From assembly GCA_951406725.2 (NCBI GenBank), contig OX597820.1, forward strand, positions 16,616,001-16,680,000: a stretch of 64,000 bases of DNA. The letters are read 5' to 3'. The position numbers and the translations under genes were made by a program. Shown here piece after piece: positions 1-9,532 of the stretch. Each line of letters starts with the position of its first letter. Position 1 is the stretch's first letter. Origin of the DNA: Octopus vulgaris. Lineage: Eukaryota. The notes below the pieces were generated by a model. The model was not told where the DNA came from, made no database searches, and worked only from the letters and a program-made list of their open reading frames with translations.

Positions 1-1321
1 GGAAGATTTTAATTTAGATCACTTTAAAGTAGGGGGTGGTTTCAGATGGGTTGGTGTGAAAAGGGTTAAGTCTACTTACTGAAAATGTGTGGCTTAGTGG
101 TTAGGGTATTGCATTTGTGATCGTAAAATTGTGGTTTCGATCCCTAGACTGGTTGGTGCATTGTGTTCTTGAGTAAAACTCTTTATTTCACGTTGCTCCA
201 GCCCTCTTTGCTGTGAATGAGTCCCAGCAACAGCTGAGAATAAACCCTATGACAGACCAGCAACCTGTTCAAGAGCAGGGTGGAGTGTTATAAACTCAGC
301 CACTTATATTCCATGAAAACTGGATTAAACCCCAAGGGCTCATGGTAAACCTAAAGTCTAAGTAAGTCTTCTTGGCATGGAAGAATGGTCACCGTACTGG
401 GGAAAAATGCTTAGTGGCATTTCTCTTGGCTCTATGTTCAGAGTTCAAATGCCTTCAGGGCTGACTTCACCTTTCATCCTTTTGGTGGAGTGGGGACACC
501 AGGGTTGAAGTAATTGACTTAACCCCCTCCCCTGAAATTTGCTGGCCTTGTGCCAACATTTGAAGTCAATATGTTGTTTATGAAGGGCTGCTTCGTTGTA
601 CTAACAACATTGTTGTTGAACCATTTCTGTTACTGCTTGCATTTAATTAATGTTTGCGGTATCTTGCATGCAGCATTTGAAAGACCGAAAGTCTTGTGAA
701 ATATAATAATTCTTTCTGTTAGTTTCGTTACCATTTCAGTTAGACTGTTTTGCTCGTTAGGGGTGGAGTTTCACCCTCACTGTGCTGATTAAGCTTTTAC
801 TGGTGAGGTAAGTTGCTAATCACTTTCAAATCAGTTCTTGCAACCTTTTTGCTATTTGGCCAGTAAAAATAAAGTTGGTGTAATATGTCATATGGAATGT
901 GGAGAATTCCAGAAAGTACCCCACAAGTTAACTCGATTCTCTTGTCTCAAGTGCTCATGTACTAAGATGCAGGTTCAGGTGTGGGGCTATGCACCGTTGC
1001 AGCATGTTGCTGTATTTACCATTTGTTGTTTTATTCTTGGATCCACTTGAGCGACCTGTTAAGCCAGAGTCCCACTGAGTCCCTATTTCCGCCAGATACC
1101 TCCTCATCTGCTGTGATCATGTGGCCTGTGGTCAACCAACATGAGTTGCCAACCCAGCTGGATCTTCAGTGAAGAGAAAGTGTGTGTGTGTGTATTTGTG
1201 ATAGATTAGTGTTGGTTTTGTTTACGCCTCTGTAACTTAACAGTTTGGCAAAGGAGACAAATAAAATAAATACCTGACTTTAAAAAAAACAAAGCTTAAG
1301 TACTGGGGTCAAATTGTTTGA

Positions 1322-1550
1322 TTAACCCTTTAGTGTTCACATTATTCTGCTCAAATTAATGCTTCTTCATCCACATTGTTTTGAATTAATCATGCATTAT
1401 CTTGTAGCTATGAGATTTTGACGAGGAAGCTGTTAATTTTTAAAACAATATTGTAGGGTTGGTGTGAGAGACCAGATCTGGCCAGATTGAACATAAAACA
1501 GGCAGAATACTTTTGGCCGGATATTGCTGGTTTAAATGCTAAAGGGTTAA
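1322..1550. mobile_element. piggyBac-type MITE family 2 (other copies ~14108-14530, 15679-16040, 20895-21175, 27275-27430, 52005-52394)
   Basis: TTAA-CCCTTTAG..CTAAAGGG-TTAA ends; shared body GTTTTGAATTAATCATGCATTATC. Confidence 0.8.
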
Positions 1551-1699
1551 ACCCTTCAGGGCGGTGCCCTAGCATGGCCACAGATCAATGACTAAAATGA
1601 GTAAAGGATAAAAGATAATCCTGTGAGGTAAAAATACTGAGAACAGAAGAGAAAAGATGCTCAGTTGTTATAGTAACTAAAGAGATTTCCAAAGTCACA

Positions 1700-2443
1700 G
1701 TTAGTGTGGGAGCTGGGAATTAATATGAGCAATGAAGTGTCATTTCATGTACATATTACCTAGGTGGCAACTGTGCAAAAGGCTTGCAGGAAAGATTCTG
1801 AGATTGTTCAGTATGAGAGAAAGCAGGAAATCATGTTGTGTTTGTAGAGAACATTTGTCTTCAGCTGACTGGAACATTGTTCACTATTCTGCTTGCCAAA
1901 CAATACTAGGTCAACAACAGATCTCAATGCAATCCAATAATGCTTAATGAAGATCATCTTTGTTCAACAATTAAGCTTCTGGGAGAGGTTGAAAGCATTG
2001 AAACTTTGCTCCCTGAAGAGAAGCTGGGAAAAATCTGTATGTGGTATCAGTGATCTATACATCATAGATCTTTGAGTGGCTCACTCTAAACTTTAGTATT
2101 GAGAACTACACCAGTCTCTATATTGGTAATCAGTATATAGTTCTGAAGGTCCTAACCTCTCTGTTGAAAGTCAGAACCACAAACTGCAACAGCTTAAGTT
2201 TCAGAGGTCACTAGTTTGTCAATATCTTGTCAAAGAAGCCGAGAAATTTACACGGGCTCAGTGTCAATGTATCCAAAAAGCCCTTGGAGGTTTTACTAAG
2301 TTCACGAACAAGTGTTGTAGCATAAAACTCATCTGAGGGTAACAGCATGTAAACTCTCTCATTCACCAAAAGCTAACTGCATAGGCAGTGCTCCAGCATT
2401 GCCACAGCCTTCAGGTTGGAACTAATACAAGAATATAAGAAAA
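1700..2443 (+). mobile_element. Older, degenerate copy of the same CR1-like LINE 3' region
   Basis: CTGCAACAGCTTAAGTTTCAGAGGTC matches 56610-56636; ends GGCAGTGCTCCAGCATTGCCACAGCC; 5' boundary approximate. Confidence 0.55.
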
Positions 2444-2639
2444 TACCACCTCCTCACCAAAAAAATGTTTCATAATAAAGAAATAATTGATTAAACATCA
2501 AAGAGTAATCCAAATGGACAATATGTGAGACATAACATATTTGGTTTTTGTAAGTGGAGTCTCTCAGCTAATATATGTATTCTTCTATAGCTTTGGAATG
2601 ACTAAAGCAGTGAATTTGGTAGGCAGAAACTGAAAAAAG

Positions 2640-3084
2640 GCGGTGAGCTGGCAGAAACGTTAGCATGCCGGGCGAAATGCTTAGTGATATTTCGTCTGTG
2701 TTTATGTTCTGAGTTCAAATTCTACCGAGGTCGACTTTGCCTTTCATCCTTTCGGGGTCGATAAATTAAGTACCAGTTACACACTGGGTTCAATGTAATC
2801 TACTTAATCAGTTTGTGTGTTCTTGTTTGTCCCCTCTGTGTAGCCCCTTGTGGGCAGTAAAGAAATAAGAAATGTTAGCACGCCGGGCGAAATGCGTAGC
2901 CGTATTTCGTCTGCTGTTACGTTCTGAGTTCAAGTTCCGCTGAGGTCAACTTTGCCTTTCATCCTTTTGGGGTCGATAAATTAAGTACCAGCTACGCACT
3001 GGGTTCGATGTAATCGACTTAATCCCTTTGTGTGCCTTTGTTTGTCCCCTCTACGTATAGCCCCTTGTGGGCAACAAAGAAATA
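2640..3084 (+). mobile_element. Dimer of tRNA-derived SINE family B (Nin/Deu-domain-like), nested in an old family A SINE
   Basis: Head GGCGGTGAGCTGGCAGAAACGTTAG, central GCCTTTCATCCTTTCGGGGTCGATAAATTAAGTACC; 15-bp TSD AGAAACTGAAAAAAG at 2625-2639 and 3085-3099. Confidence 0.88.
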
Positions 3085-3472
3085 AGAAACTGAAAAAAGC
3101 CTGTTGTATCTGTCTGTCAGTCTGTCTACCAATCTATCTGTCTGTCTGTTTGTCTATGTGTGTCTTTGTGTCTGTTTGTCCTCCACCACTACTTGACAAC
3201 TGGTGTTGGTGAGTTTATGTCCCTGAAGCTTAGCAGTTCGGCCAAAAGAAGCTGATAAAATAAGTACCAGGCTTAAAGAAAAATAAGCACAAGGAATGAT
3301 TCATTCAACTAAAAATTCCTCAAGGTGGTGCTGAAGCATGGCCATAGCCTGACGACTGCAACAAGCAGAAGGTAGGAGACAAACGATACTATATTTCATT
3401 TACGATATAGTCTGCTTTATACAATAAAAGATTCCAGAAGATATCGCAAAATATTTATCACAAAATATTTAT

Positions 3473-3735
3473 ATATGAATTTTTTGCGTAATGAGATAAG
3501 GCTATATAGATATTAGAGCATTCTATCTATAAATGCTCTAATATCTATACAGCCTTGGTTTTTTTTATCTCATTATGCAAAAAATTCATATATACATGCG
3601 CTGACATGTGACCAACGTTGAACCCTTTATTCGCAATATTACCGAATCTGGAACTTAACTATGGTCTGTCTATAGCACTTATTCAGCATTACCTGACATC
3701 TTTGGGTCTCAATGACACCATTATCTCTTATAACC
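3473..3735. mobile_element. Short retro-insertion with fold-back left end
   Basis: 15-bp direct repeat TCACAAAATATTTAT at 3458-3472 and 3736-3750; ~50-bp-arm hairpin 3471-3593. Confidence 0.6.
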
Positions 3736-4186
3736 TCACAAAATATTTATCTATTTGCATTTGAGTGTTTGAGAAAATCTGTAAAGAGATTTGAACTCGA
3801 CTCGAGTGAAGTACATTTTGTGGAGACCTGATAAAATGTGAGCTCAGGGGAATTAATAAATTCCATTCATTCATAAACAAAAATTCACTAGAGATGGAAT
3901 AAACCTTGCTCTCTCTTTCTTTCTTGTACCTGAATGAATTAAAGCGGGTTTATGAAGAAAAAAAAAGATTATCTCGACTATTCAATGTGGGTAATTTTGG
4001 AGTTTAACATTTGCTATCGATTAAGATGTTTGGAATTTTGGTCACTGGCAATGTCTTCTCCTACACACCTTGGATACTGCAATATACTGAGTTGAACTAC
4101 TTTTTGGTCTATGAGATTTTGTAGACTTCGTGATCGGTTTGTATGATTCTTGATGTGAATCCATGTATTAAAACAGTTCATGTAGT

Positions 4187-4491
4187 ATCTCTGGAGGGTC
4201 GTTATGCTAATAAATACACACACACTGGTCCTGTGTCGTTTCTTTATTTTTCATATTCATTTGTCAATTGGTTAAACATTTAACCAATTAACTAATTGAT
4301 TGATGATGATTGATTAATCATTTAGCTAGTCAATCAACTAGTACAATTAATTAATCAAATAATTTATTAATTTAAATTAAATTGAAATTGATCAAATAAT
4401 CGATTTGGTTAAATAGCTAACCAGTTGACAAATAAAAAGTGAAACAGAACCAGTGCATATGTTTATTATTGACATAATGACCCTCCCAGAT
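4187..4491. mobile_element. AT-rich fold-back MITE with long imperfect TIRs
   Basis: GGAGGGTCGTTATG / CATAATGACCCTCC and ATTTGTCAATTGGTTA / TAACCAGTTGACAAAT inverted matches. Confidence 0.6.
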
Positions 4492-4798
4492 GCAACAAAA
4501 GAAGATTTCATCTTTTTAAGAACAAATGGAACAGTGTTTACTTATTATCAAATATAATCATTATTGTAAATTTTATTTAATTTTTATTTTGTATACTTCA
4601 AAATATTTGAATTGTTTTTCTTTATAATTTGAAATGCATTTCCTGTCATGTTTTTGCATTTTGAATTAACTTGTTTTAGTTATTGTGATTTGTAATATTT
4701 GTGGTATATTATTCTTGTTTTGGAAAAAGGTGTAAAATTTTGTTGCAAAGATGTTCTTTCTTAAAGTATCATCAAATCATTCCTACACCATTTCCAGT

Positions 4799-4914
4799 TT
4801 AACCTTTAGCACACTTTAAGCACATCATGTTGCTGTATGAGTTTTCTCCCCTGTAGCAACAGGGCAGTGGCAAGGGAGACAATTCTAGAGAAACTGCTGT
4901 GTGCTAAAGGTTAA
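4799..4914. mobile_element. Small TTAA-flanked MITE (second copy ~36980-37116)
   Basis: TTAACCTTTAGCACAC..GTGTGCTAAAGGTTAA inverted ends. Confidence 0.65.
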
Positions 4915-5118
4915 AATTCTAATCCTCATTTCATTTTGTTTAAAACTTAAAAATTATCTTTTGTTTCTATTGCATTTAAATGTTTTAATTTTTTTTAATT
5001 TTTAAACTTTTGGTCCGCGTGAATCTTTACATTCCTAAAGGTTAGATAAAATATAACTGGTATTTGAACCTTTTTTCTTTCATGTCTGTTTTGTTGATCT
5101 ATATGGTTGGCTTTGCAG

Positions 5119-5208
5119 ATGGTTACTCAGTCAAATGTACCACAGCCACTGACTGCCATATCTGCACAGAACATGGCACCTACTTCAATGGGAGTTGTTA
5201 CCACACAG
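5119..5208 (+). CDS. Internal coding exon A of unidentified host gene (MVTQSNVPQPLTAISAQNMAPTSMGVVTTQ), 90 nt, phase 0-0
   Basis: T-rich tract and ttgcag acceptor; CAG|gttatt donor; length divisible by 3; open frame; higher GC island in unique AT-rich flanks. Confidence 0.7.
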
Positions 5209-5659
5209 GTTATTCTCATTTTTTTTCTGTCCTCTATATCCTAAATAATAATAATAATAAAACACCTCACCGTTTTTTACCTATCACCACAACTGCTTTT
5301 TTTTATTACTTTTCCTTAAGCAAATTAGTTGGACATTATAATTTAGAAGCATAAATTAACGAAGTTTAAGCAATATAAACGATGCTACCACTGTATTGGA
5401 TATAAATTCAGTTAGGTAATAATTATGTTTAATTTAGAAACCAAGATGAATCTTTCTTGGCTTTGTCTCTAGATTTATAAACCAATGTAGCTTAAATGTT
5501 AGACTCCTACGTAAACATAGTTCATTTATGATTCTAATATTTCCTAGCTTCAGTGAATATATGATACAACTTGGATGAAGCATTTTAAAACTTCCAAGTA
5601 AATGGCTGGTTTTTAAAATATATTAGTCGACATTAATGTATTCAGTTCTAGGCTCTGAC

Positions 5660-6031
5660 TACTCGTTATCTTTTAGACTGTGGCCATGCTGGAGCACCTC
5701 CTTGAGTCGAGCAAATCGATCCCAGGACTTTTCCTTTGTAAGCCTAGTACTTATTCTATCGGTCTCTTTTGCCGAACTGCTAAGTTACGGCGACTTAAAC
5801 ACACCAGCATCGGTTGTCAAGCGATGTTGGGGAGACAAACACAAACACACATACATATATATATACATATATATGATGGGCTTCTTTCAGTTTCCATCTA
5901 CCAAATCCACTCATAAGGCTTTGGTCGGACCGAGGCTATAGTAGAAGACACTTGCCCAAGGTGCCATGCAGTGGGACTGAGCCCAGAGCCATGTGGTTCA
6001 TAAGCAAGCTACTTAGCACACAGCTACTCCT
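5660..6031 (-). mobile_element. SINE family A (further copies ~2570-3385, ~9868-10232, ~11622-11830, ~42650-42806, ~47277-47425, ~49075-49723, ~61803-62185)
   Basis: Reverse complement of the family A consensus. Confidence 0.85.
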
Positions 6032-7594
6032 TATTTATATATTTATTTGGCTAATGTTCAAATTCCGCCAAGATTGAGAGGTTGATATTGCCTTTCTCTC
6101 TCCTTTTTAAAGGTCAATAAAATAAGTACATTTTGAGCAATAGGATGGATGTAATGACTTACTCTCCATCTAAAAAAAAATGCTGGCCTTGTGCCAAAAT
6201 TTGAAATGATAGCTTTTCAATTGAAACTTATGTATCATGCATCTGCAGTAGTGCTATCAATAAGCAGAATAGTTTTGGTCAGACTTCATTATTGCCTCAG
6301 CTCATATTGCAACTGTGACCTTGTATTTGTTGGTCCCTGTAATAGGGGCTGTTGTCACTTTGGCAGAGGGCTAGAGATTAAAATTGTAGATTTCAGGCGG
6401 AGGCGATTTATCTAATGATAGATATAGCTGCTCTTTTTATCAGTGGCATAGCGAGAATGTATGCCTCTTGGGGGAGCCATTGAGCCTGCCCCATCCCGCC
6501 AACAGGTGCTTATACAGCAGGTGTAAAGTACTGCCCTTGTAAAAGTGTCTTCTGACGTAGACTGTTCCCTTTGGCTCCCTCCTTCCTTCTCCAGCTATGC
6601 TACTGGTTTTTACAGACAAGTGGAAACAAACCATGCTAGGGATGGTTTGTTGTGCTTAGTTCTTACTTGCATTGAAAGGTACATGGGGACGGTTTTCATT
6701 AGCCAGGAGAAAGATTAAGATATTTAACCATTCTAAAAATATATGAAATTAAAAATGTAAATAAATAAATGTGTAAAAAAAAATTGCCTATTCCTATGTC
6801 CACTGATTTGTTGTTTACTGCAGGGAAAAGGTTATGTTTTTGATTTGCTGTGAGTTCCCACCTATAGCATGCCAACGAGTCTGTTGTTTTTCACTTGTAG
6901 TGCAATAGTATGTCTGCTGTTCAATGGAGAGAAATAGAATTGGCAGATAAGAGGTTCCCAATGGTAAGGCACAGAACAATTTTTGGACTCCCTTCCGCTA
7001 GAGGGACAACCAGTTTATTTCCCGCCATTCAGCTTTGGTTATTCATTCGCTTCCCTTGGTCCCTCAGGTTGGTGAAGGTTGTCATTCTCAATCGAAAAGA
7101 AAGACACGCTGCGTCGTGAAATACATGTGTTTCTTTTCACAAACAAAAGCCCCCCATTATTTATTTATTTATTTATTTGCTTGTTTATTAAGGCTCTTTT
7201 CCATATCATTCAATGCTCCGTCATATTTTACAAAGATTTCACCGTGTGCTCGAGACAGCTATGGATGACTTTACCGATAAAACTACACGTATAACAAAAA
7301 AAAGTAGATCTCAATATCCTTGATATAGAGAACAACATTGAATATGCAATACAAACATGGGAACACTCACATCCAGTACTTAGAGTATCTCCACCCACAG
7401 CAGATATGATTTTATCTGATTTCTATTCAGTAATCAATACATGTACCACTGTTAATCAGCTGCAAAAAGAAGAAAAAAAAAAACCCAAAACAAAAAAAAC
7501 AACAACCAAAAACAACATCCTATAATAACTTCATCACAACTAATGAACTGTGAGCTTTATGTTTGTCCATGTCTGGCTTATATTTATAAATGTA

Positions 7595-7984
7595 CTAGCA
7601 GTATTACCCCGCATTGGTCGGGTTTGTTTTGACCTGTTAGAATTGGCATTTTTGAAAAGTAAAAATTTTGTATTATGTAGCTTGTTATTCTCTTCAAGTG
7701 AACATTTTTCTGGTTGAAATGCACCGAAAAATGATGACACAGCAGTCAAAAAATCGTAAAAAATAGGGATTTTCATAGAAAAGAAGCACCTTTTTGATGT
7801 AAATAATTTTTGGTATTAACATTGTTCCATTTGAATTTTTTCTTCTACAGAAGGAAGAGCAAGCCTTCTTCTATCATACTCTCAATTTTGGTCAACTTGC
7901 ATTGCAGGGTCTCGGAGGAGATAGTGTTAGTTGAAGGCTACCAAACCTGCCATACAGACAACTTCAGCTTTATATATAGAGAGA
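7595..7984 (-). mobile_element. Non-autonomous Helitron, related family
   Basis: CTAGCAGTA at left end and TATATATAGAGAGA at right end; colinear with 58820-59162. Confidence 0.75.
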
Positions 7985-8233
7985 TTTATTAAGGCCTCTG
8001 ACCAAAGGTGTTTCAACCATAGCCATCCCTTCAGTTTTGCAGGCATTGTGTATCTAGTTCATACATTATTCAGATTATTCAGTATGTCCTTTTATTTTTA
8101 AGATGATAGGGTGGGTGAACTTTGAGAGAGGTGGGGCTGTTATTCTTAACAGGATGAGTGAGAATGTGGAGGTTACCTCATCGTTTCTATACATATGTAT
8201 GTGTTTATATATATGTGTGTGTTTGTGTATGTA

Positions 8234-8265
<32 letters not shown>

Positions 8266-8387
8266 GTGTACATTCATTTAAACAGGCATCCATCATAGGA
8301 TTCCTTGCATGCTAGAGAGAACAGTTAAATTCCAAACTACTATTAGGGATAAAATTTCGAAGGGAATGAAAAATAAAAACATATACC

Positions 8388-8478
8388 ATCTAACTCCTGG
8401 ACCAATGGTTTCAGACTTTTTTTTAGCAAATAAAATAATTTGCTAGGCGAAGTCTTCTTCAGCAGGTACACCTTAGAT
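8388..8478 (-). ncRNA. Type I hammerhead ribozyme, copy 1 (intact)
   Basis: Minus strand: ATCTAA-ggtgta-CCTG / CTGAAGA / AGACTT-cgcc-TAGCAAAT..ATTTGCTA-a5-AAGTCT / GAAA / CC-att-GG-TC^ / CAGG-ag-TTAGAT; all core nucleotides and three stems present; GUC cleavage between 8400 and 8399. Confidence 0.9.
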
Positions 8479-8844
8479 TAAATATATATACACGAGGCAA
8501 TCCAGTATACGCCCCGTGCTTATACATTCTAATATTTCAAATCTACCGCGCAAGCGCAGCTCCTTGTTGGCAGTAAATAAAATGCCGGCTTTTCAATTCA
8601 AAAATTTTCCAGAAAAATTATCAATAATTAATAATATTAAAGGGTAATTAGAAATATTTGAAATTTCCATTACCAGTGGCCTAGCATGTAAAAATTTAGT
8701 CAATAGACTATAAATACAGTGTACATTTAAACACATAAGAGGTATCCATCATAGGACTACGTACACGCTAGAGAGGACAGTTAAATTCCAAACCACAATT
8801 AGGGTTAAAATTTTGAAAGGGAATGAAAAATAAGAACATTTAGC

Positions 8845-8934
8845 ATCTAACTCCTGGACCAATGGTTTCAGACTTTTTTTAGCAAATAAAATAATTTGCT
8901 AGGCGAAGTCTTCTTCAGCAGGTATACATTTGAT
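8845..8934 (-). ncRNA. Type I hammerhead ribozyme, copy 2 (core intact, distal stem I partly mutated)
   Basis: Identical to copy 1 over core, stems II/III and proximal stem I except one base in the homopolymer; cleavage between 8857 and 8856. Confidence 0.88.
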
Positions 8935-9014
8935 TAAATATATATACATGAGGCAATCCAGTATATGCCCCATGCTTATACATTCTAATTTTTCAAATCT
9001 CTCTCTCTCTCTCC

Positions 9015-9063
<49 letters not shown>

Positions 9064-9152
9064 TAAATATATATATGGATCAAAACAGTTTGATTCAAAT
9101 TCATTACATTATTTACATTTGATGGATATTTATCCTCACCTTGTTTGTTGTT

Positions 9153-9197
9153 AACACAACATTTTGGCTGATATACTCTCCAGCCTTCATCAGGTGT
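9153..9197 (-). ncRNA. Minimal type I hammerhead, inactivated (GAAA>AAAA)
   Basis: Minus strand: ACAC CTGATGA a GGCTGG agagtata TCAGCC AAAA tg TT GTGTT; change is consistent with CpG decay of CCGAAA. Confidence 0.65.
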
Positions 9198-9485
9198 ACT
9201 GGGGGAATTTCGAACCTGAGTTCCCATTCCTAAGGTATTTTTCTGATGTTATTATTATTATTATTATTATTCAGGTCACTGCTTGGAATTGAACTTGGAA
9301 TCTTGGGGTTAGTAGCCCACGCTCTTAACCACTACGACATATGTCTGTGGATGTATGGCGTAGTGGTTAAGAGCGCGGGCTACTAACCCCAAGATTCTGA
9401 GTCAGTGACCTGAATACTACTACTACTAATAATAATATCGGAAAAATACCTTAGGAATGAGAACCTAGGTTCGAAATTCCCCCAG

Positions 9486-9532
9486 GACACCTGATGAAAG
9501 GCTGGAGAATACATCAGCTGAAATGTTGTGTT
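9486..9532 (+). ncRNA. Minimal (Penelope-type) type I hammerhead, degenerate
   Basis: GACAC CTGATGA aa GGCTGG agaataca TCAGCT GAAA tg TT GTGTT; stems I and II pair; stem III vestigial. Confidence 0.7.

Larger units (their letters stand above)
8265..9000 (-). mobile_element. Retrozyme-like element: ~1.6 tandem copies of a 457-nt unit (direct repeats ~8265-8544 and ~8719-9000), each with a hammerhead ribozyme
   Basis: Direct repeat offset by 457 nt at the ribozyme; no ORF; flanked by microsatellites; both repeats fold into type I HHRs. Confidence 0.8.

Noticed and set aside
5064-5354. 96-aa ORF with signal-peptide-like start and cysteines
   Set aside because: Starts at TTG in a polypyrimidine tract and is an alternative frame over exon A plus intron sequence
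9356-9410. tRNA gene candidates (also at 16839, 24950 and SINE heads)
   Set aside because: No acceptor stem or full cloverleaf; they are SINE-type tRNA-derived heads
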